DNA of 64,000 bases, from NCBI GenBank assembly GCA_963664295.1, contig OY760935.1:128001-192000 (forward strand), read 5' to 3'. Position numbers and translations under genes: made by a program. Origin of the DNA: Candidatus Altimarinota bacterium (GTDB lineage Bacteria > Patescibacteriota > Gracilibacteria > CAIRYL01 > GCA-016699755). Positions 46,889 to 57,026 of the stretch are shown piece by piece (positions within the stretch are counted from its first letter, which is position 1; the number at the start of each line of letters is the position of its first letter). Under the pieces are notes generated by a model, which saw only the letters and a program-made list of their open reading frames with translations, did not search any database and was not told where the DNA came from.

Positions 46889-47818
46889 TTAAATTAATTT
46901 TTGAATTGCTCTCAGCTTTGCGCTTCTTGAGCGGGGATTTTCTGTTATTTCTTTTTCTGTTGGTATAATTGGTTTTCTGCTTAGTAGTTTATATTCTGGT
47001 CCATTGCATATACATTTTGGTAGTTCTTTTGGGCATTTGCAGTTTTTACTTGCTTCTCTGAATATATTTTTGACTATTCTGTCTTCGAGTGAGTGAAATG
47101 TGATAACTGCAATTATTCCGTCTTTTTTCAATATTTTCATTGCGCCCTGAAGGGCTTTTTCTATGTTTTCAAGTTCATTGTTCACTTCTATTCTTATTGC
47201 TTGGAAGGTTTGTGTTGCTGGATTTTTACCTCCCCATCTTCCTTGTCTTTTGCTTTTTTTAATTATTTCTACTAATTCTGTTGTGTTTTCTATTTTCTTA
47301 TTTTTCCTGTATTTGCTTATGTTTTTTGCAATTCTTCTGCTGTCTTTTTCTTCTCCGTATTTGAATATAATTTCAGCTAATTTTTCCTGGGGATAAGTAT
47401 TTACAACTTGATAAGCAGTAAGACTTGTATCATCAGACATTCTCATGTCTAGTATTGCCTCTTTTTTGAATGAAAAACCTCGTTCGTCAGAATCCAGATG
47501 GGGCGATGAAATCCCTAAGTCAAAAAGAATTCTGTCTGCTTCCTTTATTTCCTCTTCTAAGTGAATAAAGTTTTTCCCGATAATTGTGCAATTTTTAGCG
47601 TATTTTTTCAACTTATTTTCAGCTCTTTCTGCGTTTTTTTTGTCCCATTCAAATCCGTATAAATGCCCGTCGGGAACTATCTTTTTAAGGATTTTTTCAG
47701 AATGACCACCAAGTCCAAGTGTGCAATCAACGCAAGTTAAGCCGTTTTTTAAATTTAATATTTGGATTACTTCGTCAAGAAGTACGCTTTTATGCATTGG
47801 TAAGGTCATTTTTGGCAA
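46889..47818 (-). CDS. rsmH: 16S rRNA m4C1402 methyltransferase
   Basis: HKSVLL, DCTLGLGGHS, DLGISS, FQAIRIEVN, FHSLEDR, NPRSRSAKLR. Confidence 0.96.
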   Translation of the reverse strand: MPKMTLPMHKSVLLDEVIQILNLKNGLTCVDCTLGLGGHSEKILKKIVPDGHLYGFEWDKKNAERAENKLKKYAKNCTIIGKNFIHLEEEIKEADRILFDLGISSPHLDSDERGFSFKKEAILDMRMSDDTSLTAYQVVNTYPQEKLAEIIFKYGEEKDSRRIAKNISKYRKNKKIENTTELVEIIKKSKRQGRWGGKNPATQTFQAIRIEVNNELENIEKALQGAMKILKKDGIIAVITFHSLEDRIVKNIFREASKNCKCPKELPKCICNGPEYKLLSRKPIIPTEKEITENPRSRSAKLRAIQKLI

Positions 47819-48018
47819 GAGGCGATAGTTTTAAAGATCGTTTTTGTATAAATTTTTTGTATGTGGATAACTTTTTTACTCAAAATTTCTATATTGCTCG
47901 TTAATATACTGCTAAAGGCTGTTTTTTTTGTCAAACAAAATTTTTGGATTTTTCTTAAAATGTTCACTTTTTTTGAACGCTAAATTAAAAAAATAGCTTA
48001 AATAAGCCAAAATATGCA

Positions 48019-48660
48019 CTAATTTTTTTTCAAAATTTCTCTTGCAATATTATTTATTTTATTACTTAATAATATTCCTTCTCTTAGCATTTCCACTTTT
48101 TCATTATCAATTTTGACAATAGTGGAAGGAACTGTGTTTTTGCTTTCTTTTTCTGTCTCACAAAAAAGAATTTTTTGACCATCAAATTGATTTTTTATTG
48201 ATTTAAAGTCATTTTTTGTTTTTTCTCCAGACTTATTTGCACTTGTGGAAACAAGTGGTTTTTTCCAATATTTTTGCAAAAATGTCAAAAGGTTTTTGTT
48301 ATCAGGAATACGAATGGCTAAATTAGCTTGATTTGGAAAAAAATCAGAAAGAGCACCAGATTTGCGAGGAAGAATGATAGTGCAAGCTCCAGGCCAAACT
48401 TTTTTTGCAAATCTTAGCGCAAAATCAGAAAATTCCACGATTTTTTTAGCAGTTTCAAAATTATCAACTAATAATAAAAATGGTTTTTCTTCTTCACGCC
48501 CTTTTGTAGTTTGGATTTGCTTAATTGCTTCTGGGTTTGCAGGATCGCCAGAAAATCCATACACAGTCTCGGTAGGAATTAAAGCAATATTTCCTTTATT
48601 TAACCAATTGTTTATTTGAGGAAAATTTTCTTCTGTAAATTTTATACTTTTCGAGTTCAC
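48019..48660 (-). CDS. tsaC: L-threonylcarbamoyladenylate synthase (Sua5/YrdC)
   Basis: PTETVYG, KGR...KP, AIRIP, STSANKSG, PSTIV; start placed at GTG 48660. Confidence 0.9.
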   Translation of the reverse strand: MNSKSIKFTEENFPQINNWLNKGNIALIPTETVYGFSGDPANPEAIKQIQTTKGREEEKPFLLLVDNFETAKKIVEFSDFALRFAKKVWPGACTIILPRKSGALSDFFPNQANLAIRIPDNKNLLTFLQKYWKKPLVSTSANKSGEKTKNDFKSIKNQFDGQKILFCETEKESKNTVPSTIVKIDNEKVEMLREGILLSNKINNIAREILKKN

Positions 48661-48709
48661 AAATTCATAAAAATATGCAAAAATCACATAGAAAATTTTA
48701 TCAAGAAAA

Positions 48710-50359
48710 TTGTCTACAAAAAAGAAGATTAAAAAAGTTCTCTTGCTTGGTTCCGGTGCTTTGAAAATAGGTGAAGCTGGTGAATTTGATTTTTCTGGTT
48801 CACAAGCCATAAAAGCATTAAAACAAGAAGGAATTGAAGTTGTATTACTAAATCCAAACATTGCTACTAACCAAACCTCAAAAGGAGTAGCAGATAAGGT
48901 TTATTTTTTGCCTGTAAATGCTGAATTTGCAGAAAAAATAATCAAAAAAGAAAGACCTGATGGAATATTTTTAGCATGGGGTGGTCAAACAGCACTTAAT
49001 TGCGGTATAGAACTTTTTGAAAAAGGTGTATTAAAAAAATATAATGTTGAAGTTCTTGGTACTCCAGTACAAACAATTCAAATGACTGAAGATAGAGATT
49101 TGTTTTGCAAGGCTTTGAGTGAAATTGATGTGAAATATTGCCGTTCTGTGGCTTGTAAAAATAAAGAAGAAGCCAAAAAAGCAGTTAAAAAAATTGGTTT
49201 TCCGGTAATTATTAGATCAGGTTTTACTCTTGGTGGAGGTGGTTCTGGTTTTGCGGAAAATTCAAAACAATTTGAAAAATTAATAGAAAAAGCTTTTGCT
49301 CATGCTCCGCAAATATTAGTAGAAGAGAGCATAAAAGGCTGGAAAGAAGTTGAGTTCGAGGTTGTGCGTGATAAAAACGGCAACAAGATTACAGTTTGTA
49401 ATATGGAAAATTTTGACCCTATGGGTATTCACACAGGAGAATCTATTGTTGTTGCACCAACTTTAACCTTAAACGACAGAGAGTGGCAATTGCTTCGTTC
49501 AACTGCCTTAAAAGTAATTGAACATTTGGGAATAGTAGGAGAGTGCAATATTCAATATGCACTTGATCCTTATTCCGAAGATTATCGTGTTATTGAAGTT
49601 AATGCTCGTTTATCTCGTTCTTCTGCGCTTGCTTCCAAGGCAACTGGTTATCCACTTGCTTTTATTGCTGCTCATATTGCTTTGGGTAAAACTCTGCCGG
49701 AATTGCAAAATGAAATCACTAAAAAAACAGTAGCTTTTTTTGAACCTGCTTTGGATTTTATTGCTTTAAAAATTCCTCGTTGGGATTTGGATAAATTCCG
49801 CAAAGTTTCTCATAATATTTCTTCAGAAATGAAAAGTGTCGGTGAAGTCATGGCAATTGGTCGTAGCTTTGAAGAAGTTTTACAAAAAGGCTTAAGAATG
49901 TTGCAAATAGGAGCACACGGCATAACCCATCACCCTTTTGATATAAAAGACATAGACAATGAGCTTACTAATCCAACACCAAAGCGTATTTTTGTAATTT
50001 ATGAAGCATTAAAACAGGGTTATAAAATAGAAGATATTTGCGAAAAAACCGGCATAGACAAATGGTTTATTCGCAGAATTGAAAATATTGTAAAAACAGA
50101 AAAAGAAGTTAAAAAATGTCTCAAGGATGAAAAATGCGACAAAAAAGAAGCGCTTTTAAGAGCAAAAAAAGATGGATTTTCTGATGCTCAATTAGAAAAA
50201 ATATCAAAAGGAGCATACACAGAAATGGAAGTTCGCAAATTACGCAAAAAATACAAAATAACCCCAGCAATCAAACAAATAGACACACTAGCAGCAGAGT
50301 TTCCAGCAGAAACAAATTATTTATATATGACTTATCATGGTCAAAAAAGTGATATATAA
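48710..50359 (+). CDS. carB: carbamoyl-phosphate synthase large subunit, N-terminal half only
   Basis: LGSG..KIG.AGEFDFSGSQA, GIHTGES, IEVNARLSRSSALASKATGYP, IDTLAAEF; stops at 549 aa. Confidence 0.9.
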   Translation: MSTKKKIKKVLLLGSGALKIGEAGEFDFSGSQAIKALKQEGIEVVLLNPNIATNQTSKGVADKVYFLPVNAEFAEKIIKKERPDGIFLAWGGQTALNCGIELFEKGVLKKYNVEVLGTPVQTIQMTEDRDLFCKALSEIDVKYCRSVACKNKEEAKKAVKKIGFPVIIRSGFTLGGGGSGFAENSKQFEKLIEKAFAHAPQILVEESIKGWKEVEFEVVRDKNGNKITVCNMENFDPMGIHTGESIVVAPTLTLNDREWQLLRSTALKVIEHLGIVGECNIQYALDPYSEDYRVIEVNARLSRSSALASKATGYPLAFIAAHIALGKTLPELQNEITKKTVAFFEPALDFIALKIPRWDLDKFRKVSHNISSEMKSVGEVMAIGRSFEEVLQKGLRMLQIGAHGITHHPFDIKDIDNELTNPTPKRIFVIYEALKQGYKIEDICEKTGIDKWFIRRIENIVKTEKEVKKCLKDEKCDKKEALLRAKKDGFSDAQLEKISKGAYTEMEVRKLRKKYKITPAIKQIDTLAAEFPAETNYLYMTYHGQKSDI

Positions 50360-50377
50360 AATTTTTTAATAAAACTT

Positions 50378-51076
50378 GTGATTAAGTTTAAAAATATTTC
50401 CAAATCATACGGCATAAGTGAGGTATTAAGTAATGTATCTTTTGATATTAACCCTGGAGAGTGTGTTGCTATCACAGGAGAGTCTGGAACAGGAAAGTCA
50501 ACTTTGCTCCATATGCTCATTGGTGCAAAAAGACCAACAGAAGGCAGTATTCAGCTTGATAATTTTCGAATTGAAAAATTAACTCCTCAAAACTTACAAA
50601 CATTTCGAAGAAGTATAGGGGTTGTGTTTCAAGATTTTAAATTACTTCCTCAGAAAACAGTATTCGAAAATATTGCTTTTGCAATGGAGGCTTGGGGCGA
50701 AAGTGATCCTGTAATTGAACAAAGAGTATATGAGGTGCTTGCAAAAGTAGGTATGAAAGACAAAGAAAATAGATTTCCAAAAGAATTATCCGGTGGAGAA
50801 CAGCAAAGAACAGCAATAGCCAGAGCTATTGTGCACAATCCAAAACTTATTATTGCTGATGAGCCAACTGGTAATTTAGACAAAAGGAATTCCGAAGAAG
50901 TTTTAAATCTCTTAAAAAAACTAAATGAAGAGGGGATAACCTTAATAGTAGCCTCTCATAACAATGAAGTTTTAAGTTTATTAAAGCCAAGAATACTAAA
51001 AATTGAAAATTGTAAAATAACAGAAGCAGAACAAGCTGATATGACTACTAATAAAATTGATCTTTCTCAAAAATAA
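50378..51076 (+). CDS. ftsE: FtsE-like ABC ATPase
   Basis: GESGTGKST, IGVVFQDFKLL, LSGGEQQR, ADEPTGNLD. Confidence 0.82.
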   Translation: MIKFKNISKSYGISEVLSNVSFDINPGECVAITGESGTGKSTLLHMLIGAKRPTEGSIQLDNFRIEKLTPQNLQTFRRSIGVVFQDFKLLPQKTVFENIAFAMEAWGESDPVIEQRVYEVLAKVGMKDKENRFPKELSGGEQQRTAIARAIVHNPKLIIADEPTGNLDKRNSEEVLNLLKKLNEEGITLIVASHNNEVLSLLKPRILKIENCKITEAEQADMTTNKIDLSQK

Positions 51077-51649
51077 ATGAAAAACTCAATTACACGCGAA
51101 GAGGCTTGGGAGCTTCTTAATAAACACATCAAAAAACAAGAGATGATTTTTCATGCTCGCGAGTCAGAAGAAATAATGCGAAAAGTCGCAGAAAAAATGA
51201 ATGAAGACCCTGAATTTTGGGGAATTTGTGGCTTATTGCATGATCTTGATTATGAAGAAATTGGTGAAGACTATGCAAAACATGGAATAAGAACAGTGGA
51301 AATATTAAAAGAAGAAGGCTATGAAATTCCTGAAATGTTTCAGGCAATTTTAGCCCACACAGAAGCCCTGGAAGAATCAGAGCAAAAAAGAGAAAGTAAA
51401 TTAGATTTTGCCTTGGCATCTAGTGAGACTATTTCTGGTTTTATTGTGGCTGTTGCCTTAATGCGTCCAACAAAACTAGATGGCATGAAGCCAAAATCTG
51501 TAAAAAAGAAGCTAAAAGACAAAGCTTTTGCAGCAAAAGTAAATAGAGAAATGATTAATGATATTGAAAAGATAGGACTTTCTCGTGATGAGTTTATTGT
51601 CCTTGCTATCGAGGCTGTTAGTGGAATGAAAGAGGAAATTGGTTTATAA
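51077..51649 (+). CDS. HD/HDIG-domain hydrolase
   Basis: TREEAW, GLLHDLDYE, SVKKKLKDKAFA. Confidence 0.88.
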   Translation: MKNSITREEAWELLNKHIKKQEMIFHARESEEIMRKVAEKMNEDPEFWGICGLLHDLDYEEIGEDYAKHGIRTVEILKEEGYEIPEMFQAILAHTEALEESEQKRESKLDFALASSETISGFIVAVALMRPTKLDGMKPKSVKKKLKDKAFAAKVNREMINDIEKIGLSRDEFIVLAIEAVSGMKEEIGL

Positions 51650-51653
51650 ATTT

Positions 51654-52142
51654 TTATATCAATCTTACTCCAGCCTTAACCATGCCATAATCAGTTAATT
51701 CAAGCTGAGTTTTTTGAAATAATTCATAATTAAATTCAACACTAATTTTTTCAAAAAATTCTCTTAATCTTTCTCTAAACTTAGAGATAAAATTATCAGA
51801 ACAACCCATTTCGCTTAAATTAGAGCAGGGAACTCCCAATGCGCTATCTATTTTATTAAAAATAGGCCCAGAAATTAAAATTAAGTGAGTTGTTTCTTGC
51901 CATTTTTCAACAAGACTCAATATTTGCTCCATACAAAGCCAGAGCGGGTAAGTAAAGTGATGATTTCTTTCAAAATCGGTAAATTGATCTCTGTGTTCAT
52001 TGGGGCAAAAAATATCAAGATTAATATTAACATCAGGTGGTACAAATTGCTGAAGCCAGTCTTGAAGCTCTTTAGTCTCGTCTTCAATCATCATGCAATG
52101 CACAAAGCCAATATTTATTTCTTTTTGAGGGGATTTTTTCAT
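51654..52142 (-). CDS. hypothetical protein
   Basis: 162-aa ORF with no recognised motif. Confidence 0.6.
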   Translation of the reverse strand: MKKSPQKEINIGFVHCMMIEDETKELQDWLQQFVPPDVNINLDIFCPNEHRDQFTDFERNHHFTYPLWLCMEQILSLVEKWQETTHLILISGPIFNKIDSALGVPCSNLSEMGCSDNFISKFRERLREFFEKISVEFNYELFQKTQLELTDYGMVKAGVRLI

Positions 52143-52198
52143 TTTTAATGAAAATTAGAATATATATTCTACAAATAAATTAAAAAAAGTCAATACAT

Positions 52199-52225
52199 AA
52201 AAACGGCCTTTTGCGACCGTTTTTA
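52199..52225 (-). terminator. probable intrinsic terminator after aspS
   Basis: AAAAACGG...CCGTTTTT stem-loop. Confidence 0.55.
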
Positions 52226-52246
52226 TTAAAAACAAATTTATTTAAA

Positions 52247-54019
52247 TTATTCTTCGTCAATAATTTTAATTCCCAATTCTTCAATTTGATCATTAGGCAT
52301 AACACCAGGAGCACCAAGCATAAGGTCTTGAGCATTTTGATTTTTTGGAAAAGCAATAACTTCGCGAATATTAGGTTCATCACAAAGCAACATAATCAAA
52401 CGATCCAAGCCAAAAGCAATTCCGCCATGAGGAGGTGCGCCATACTCAAAAGCACGAAGCATATGACCAAATCTGCGTTCAGCATCTTCTTTGGTAATAC
52501 CAAGAATATCAAAAATTTTTGCTTGCAAATCTCTTTCGTGAATTCTAATAGAACCTCCGCCAAGCTCAACACCATTCATAACCATATCATAAGCAACAGC
52601 ACAGGCTTTTAATGGATCAGAATCAAGCAAGTCCACATCTTCTGCTTTTGGGCGAGTAAAAGGATGATGACAAGCTCCAATTGAGCCATCTGAGCCTTTT
52701 TCAAACATTGGAAAATCCGTGATCCAAAGTAAGTAAATTTCTTCATTTTTGCGAAGACCAAAATGGTCACCAAGAGCTACACGCACAGCTCCAAGGCTGT
52801 CACAAACTGTGTGAAAATCGCCAGCACCAAAGAAAAGCGCATCACCTTCTTTGAAGTTAGTTTTTTCATATAGTTCTTTTATTTGTTCTTCGTTAAAGAA
52901 TTTCAAAATAGGAGAAGCAGGCTCTTCACCTTTTCTCCAGAGAATATAAGCAAGTCCTTTTGCTCCGTTTTGTTGAGCAAGTTCAGTAAATTTATCAATT
53001 TCTTTTCTAGTCAAACTACCGCCATCAGGACATTTAAAAACACGAGCAATTCCGCCTTCTTTCACTGCACTAGCAAAAACAGAAAAATCTGACTTAGATG
53101 CCCAGTCAGTAATATCAACAAACTCCATACCAAAGCGAAGATCTGGTTTATCTGAGCCATATTTATCCATTGCGTCTTGATAAGTCATTTTTGGCACTGT
53201 ATCACCAGAAAGAATTTTTTTATGAGGATTTATTTCTTTAACAATGCGCAAAATAAGTTCAGAAAATAAATTTTGTACATCATCTTGATCCACAAAACTC
53301 ATTTCGATTTCAAACTGAGTAAACTCTGGTTGCCTGTCTCCTCTTTGGTCTTCATCACGAAAACAACGGGCAACTTGAAAATATCTTTCCAATCCACCAA
53401 CCATTAAAAGTTGTTTTAATTGCTGAGGTGATTGTGGAAGCACATAAAACTTACCATGATGCAAACGAGCAGGCACAAGATATTCTCTTGAGCCCTCTGG
53501 TGTTCCTTTAATCAAGATAGGAGTTTCTATTTCCAAAAAGTCTTTTTCATCAAAATAATCACGAATTATTTTTGTTGTTTGATGACGCACCTTAAGGTTT
53601 TTTTGCATTTTTGGACGCCTAAGATCAAGATATCTGTACTCAAGGCGTAAATCCTCACGCACTTCCTTATTGTCATCAACCTCAAATGGAGGAGTTTTTG
53701 CTTTATTTAAAATATCAATTTCATCTATTAAAACTTCAATTTCACCAGTATTAAGATTTGGATTAACCATTTCCGCTGGGCGTTCTCGCACAGTTCCTTT
53801 TGCTTTAATTACAAATTCAGAACGCAAATGTTCTGCTATAGCATGGGCTTCTTTATTGTGCTCAGGGTCAAAAACAATCTGCACAACACCGGAGCGATCA
53901 CGAAGATCAATAAAAATAACTCCGCCATGATCTCTCCAAGAATTTACCCAACCACAAAGAGTGACTTCTGTGTTAGCAGTTTTTTTATTTAGTTCTCCGT
54001 TACTGTGAGTTTTCAGCAT
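52247..54019 (-). CDS. aspS: aspartate--tRNA ligase (probably non-discriminating)
   Basis: [40 protein letters not shown]. Confidence 0.97.
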   Translation of the reverse strand: MLKTHSNGELNKKTANTEVTLCGWVNSWRDHGGVIFIDLRDRSGVVQIVFDPEHNKEAHAIAEHLRSEFVIKAKGTVRERPAEMVNPNLNTGEIEVLIDEIDILNKAKTPPFEVDDNKEVREDLRLEYRYLDLRRPKMQKNLKVRHQTTKIIRDYFDEKDFLEIETPILIKGTPEGSREYLVPARLHHGKFYVLPQSPQQLKQLLMVGGLERYFQVARCFRDEDQRGDRQPEFTQFEIEMSFVDQDDVQNLFSELILRIVKEINPHKKILSGDTVPKMTYQDAMDKYGSDKPDLRFGMEFVDITDWASKSDFSVFASAVKEGGIARVFKCPDGGSLTRKEIDKFTELAQQNGAKGLAYILWRKGEEPASPILKFFNEEQIKELYEKTNFKEGDALFFGAGDFHTVCDSLGAVRVALGDHFGLRKNEEIYLLWITDFPMFEKGSDGSIGACHHPFTRPKAEDVDLLDSDPLKACAVAYDMVMNGVELGGGSIRIHERDLQAKIFDILGITKEDAERRFGHMLRAFEYGAPPHGGIAFGLDRLIMLLCDEPNIREVIAFPKNQNAQDLMLGAPGVMPNDQIEELGIKIIDEE

Positions 54020-54138
54020 GATTTTTTTTAAAAAATACTCAAAGAAGATTTTTCCATAAAAAAGAAATTAAAAAAAGCAAAAAAACTTGAGAAAAACACC
54101 ATAAATTGATAAAATTAGATAAATTTTTTAAAAAAACA

Positions 54139-54747
54139 ATGAAAAAATTATTTTCACTAATAACATTAACACTATTACTTACAGTTGGCCTAAGCGCTTG
54201 CACAAGCGATAAAGACAATGAAAAAACTGAATCAGAAGACACTCCTCCTGCAGAAAGAGTGGTTTCCAAAGACGAACTAAAAGACATTGTCTTTAATGAA
54301 AATTTTACAAGTGAAGAATATTACGCAGAACTTGCAAATTCTGCAGAAAGTATTCAAATGAATATTGCATTAGAAACAGCAAAAGAAAAAAATGATCCAG
54401 CTGAATGCGATGTTTTAGCTACAGAAAAAGAGCAAACAGCATGTAAAGATGATTATTATGTAAACAAGGCAAGAGAAGATAAAAACATGGAGACCTGTGC
54501 GAATATTCAAGATGAAGGCAAAAAAGATATTTGTGAATCAATGGCAATTAACGCTAAAGTTAATGAAAGCAATAATCCTGAAGATTGTGAGGCCTTAAGC
54601 GATCCAGCAAAAGTTCAAAGATGCAAAGACAACTTATTAAAAGACCAAGCTATTGAAGAAATGAATGAAGAAAAATGCGATAGAATAAGCGACAATATTA
54701 TTCAAAAAGCTTGTAAAGATATTGTAAAAATTCGCAAAGGCAATTAA
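54139..54747 (+). CDS. lipoprotein with Cys-pair repeats
   Basis: lipobox GLSA-C; four C-x2-(I/L)-x7-C helical repeats. Confidence 0.75.
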   Translation: MKKLFSLITLTLLLTVGLSACTSDKDNEKTESEDTPPAERVVSKDELKDIVFNENFTSEEYYAELANSAESIQMNIALETAKEKNDPAECDVLATEKEQTACKDDYYVNKAREDKNMETCANIQDEGKKDICESMAINAKVNESNNPEDCEALSDPAKVQRCKDNLLKDQAIEEMNEEKCDRISDNIIQKACKDIVKIRKGN

Positions 54748-54773
54748 GTAAAACAATTTATTTTTAAAAACAT

Positions 54774-54803
54774 AAAGATCCGGATTTTTTCGGATCTTTT
54801 TTT
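54774..54803 (+). terminator. intrinsic terminator
   Basis: AAAGATCCG-loop-CGGATCTTTTTTT. Confidence 0.7.
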
Positions 54804-54819
54804 ATGTTAAAATTCCCGC

Positions 54820-55878
54820 ATGTTTAAAGAAATAACAAGCAAATTAGGCGAAAAAAAATATCGCAAAAAACAATTTGAACATGCGATATTTCGTGAATTA
54901 GTAGAAAATATTGAACAAATTACTGTATTTCCAAAAGAACTCAGAGAAAAGCTCAAAAAAGAGCCATTTTTTCAGATGGAAATAAATAATTTGCTAATTA
55001 CAAAAGACAAAAAAACCAATAAAGTTTTATTTAAAACCAAAGATAATTTTTTTATAGAAAGCGTTCTTATGCGTCATGTAGGTCGCAATACTGTTTGTGT
55101 ATCTTCGCAAATTGGTTGTCCTTGTGCTTGTGCTTTTTGTGCAACAGGCAAAATGGGCTTTAAGCGCAACCTAAGTACTCAAGAAATAATCGAACAAGTG
55201 CTTTTTTGGGCAAGGCAATTAAAAAAAGAATACCTAGAAGAAAAAAAAGGAGAATGGAATCCAAAAAATCCACCACCATCACATAGAGTGCGCAATATTG
55301 TTTTTATGGGAATGGGGGAGCCACTTTTAAATCTAGACAATGTCTTAGAAGCAATAAAAATTCTTAATGATGATCACAAATTTGGCATAGGCGCGCGCAG
55401 AATAACAATCTCCACAGTAGGCATAATTCCACAAATAAAAAAATTAACAGAATTAGATATGCAAATAAACTTGGCAGTTTCTTTGCATGCACCCGAAAAC
55501 GAACTTAGGTCACAATTAATTCCGCAAAATAAAGTTTTTCCATTAAAAGATTTAATGCAGTCTCTTTGGGATTTTTCCAAAAAAACACTCAGAAGAATAT
55601 TTTTTGAATACACTGTTATTGATAATATTAACGACTCTGAACAAGATGCGCACAATCTTGGAAAATTATTACAAAACAAACTTGCCCATGTGAATTTTAT
55701 TCCCCTTAATGAAAACCCAGATGTAAATAAAGATTTTAAAAAACCAAAAATGGAAAAAATTCGTAAAATGCAAAAAATATTAGAAAAATATGATCTTCCA
55801 TCAACAGTAAGAGGGGAATTTGGAGATGAGATTGCTGGTGCTTGTGGACAACTAGCCGGCAAAAAGCTTGACAAATAA
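54820..55878 (+). CDS. rlmN: 23S rRNA/tRNA m2A methyltransferase RlmN
   Basis: CVSSQIGCPCACAFCATG, VFMGMGEP, SLHAP, GACGQL. Confidence 0.95.
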   Translation: MFKEITSKLGEKKYRKKQFEHAIFRELVENIEQITVFPKELREKLKKEPFFQMEINNLLITKDKKTNKVLFKTKDNFFIESVLMRHVGRNTVCVSSQIGCPCACAFCATGKMGFKRNLSTQEIIEQVLFWARQLKKEYLEEKKGEWNPKNPPPSHRVRNIVFMGMGEPLLNLDNVLEAIKILNDDHKFGIGARRITISTVGIIPQIKKLTELDMQINLAVSLHAPENELRSQLIPQNKVFPLKDLMQSLWDFSKKTLRRIFFEYTVIDNINDSEQDAHNLGKLLQNKLAHVNFIPLNENPDVNKDFKKPKMEKIRKMQKILEKYDLPSTVRGEFGDEIAGACGQLAGKKLDK

Positions 55879-55919
55879 GCTAAATTTGTAAAAAATAAAC
55901 CACCTTTTATGTTTATTTT

Positions 55920-56318
55920 ATGGAAAAAGTAAGAGACAGACTGGTGCCACGAATACCCGAACCTAGTGTGGAGAAGGTTAATCCTGAAAAATTGCCTACC
56001 AAAAAAACATTAATGCTTTCTCCAAAAGTTCCAAGAGAGCCAATTCAAGTTGGCGATACGCTTGAAGTTAGTGTTCCAGTGATGAAATTGCCAGATCCTT
56101 TGCCAGTGCAGGTTGGTGTTTGTATTGCACCTGCTTATTTAGACTTTAAAGATGCAGAAAAACACCCTTTTGATCAGGTTTATAATGGCAATGGCTCTTT
56201 AAATATTGCAGTACAAGCAAAAAGACCAAGCACTAAAGCTTTTTTATTTGTTGATCTTTTTGATAAGCAAGGTAATAAATTAGACACAGCAGTTTCAATA
56301 GACTTTACTATTAGGTAA
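55920..56318 (+). CDS. hypothetical protein
   Basis: 132-aa ORF, Pro-rich start and beta-rich end; TTGACA at 55868. Confidence 0.65.
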   Translation: MEKVRDRLVPRIPEPSVEKVNPEKLPTKKTLMLSPKVPREPIQVGDTLEVSVPVMKLPDPLPVQVGVCIAPAYLDFKDAEKHPFDQVYNGNGSLNIAVQAKRPSTKAFLFVDLFDKQGNKLDTAVSIDFTIR

Positions 56319-56319
56319 A

Positions 56320-56562
56320 ATGGATCAAGTTAGTCGTTTTGTTTTAGAAGGTGCATCTGCCAATATAGATCCAAACTTAAAAAAAAGAATTGGGATAGAT
56401 AAATTTTTAGAAAATCCTCCAGAAGATCCAGAGGCAGAAAAGCAAGCAATTAAACAAATTTTAGCTATTATAAGAAGAGGTGTGGCTAATGGTCTTCCAG
56501 TATTTATTGTTGCTGATTTATCTCTAGCATTGTTAAAATACAGAGATGAAATTGATATATAA
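56320..56562 (+). CDS. hypothetical protein
   Basis: 80-aa ORF starting 1 nt after the upstream stop. Confidence 0.6.
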   Translation: MDQVSRFVLEGASANIDPNLKKRIGIDKFLENPPEDPEAEKQAIKQILAIIRRGVANGLPVFIVADLSLALLKYRDEIDI

Positions 56563-56648
56563 AAATTTTTTAAATAAGGTGAATTATTTGACATAATATA
56601 ATTTATATGTTATTATAATATTCGAAAATTCCCCTTTAAAAAACAAAA

Positions 56649-57026
56649 ATGCGAATAAGATCTGGATCTGAAAATGGTTCTAATAAACATAGGTCTTTAT
56701 TGTCAAAGAAGTCCAGTTCTGATTTTTCTGATGACCATGACAAGGTTATTCATGATCCAGGAAAAATAATTCCCCATACCCCTTGGGTAGAAAGTCAGAA
56801 AAAAGTGGTACAACTGTTAACTGGGGAAAGTGCGCGTTTTAATAGGACTGGAAAAGAAAAAGAAGCTAGAATATATGAATTAGCTGCTATGAGAGCGCAA
56901 CAAAGATTGCGAGAATTAGAAGCGACTTTAAAGGCGCAAGGAGAAGAAATTCAAAGATCTCAAGCACAATTTAGCAAAAATGTCAGAAGCACATTAGAAG
57001 GAGATAGTTCAGGAAAAGCCGCATAA
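56649..57026 (+). CDS. hypothetical coiled-coil protein
   Basis: 125 aa; TTGACA at 56588 and TATAAT at 56613 upstream. Confidence 0.65.
   Translation: MRIRSGSENGSNKHRSLLSKKSSSDFSDDHDKVIHDPGKIIPHTPWVESQKKVVQLLTGESARFNRTGKEKEARIYELAAMRAQQRLRELEATLKAQGEEIQRSQAQFSKNVRSTLEGDSSGKAA

Noticed and set aside
47862-47870. DnaA box / replication origin
   Set aside because: Only one TGTGGATAA in a short intergenic gap, with no dnaA or dnaN nearby
48661-48861. N-terminal extension of the TsaC ORF
   Set aside because: It overlaps carB on the opposite strand; homology starts near GTG 48660
52211-52612. Antisense ORFs over conserved genes (also 19167-19574, 22424-23038, 32127-32591, 55374-55874)
   Set aside because: They are shadow frames of well-supported genes on the other strand
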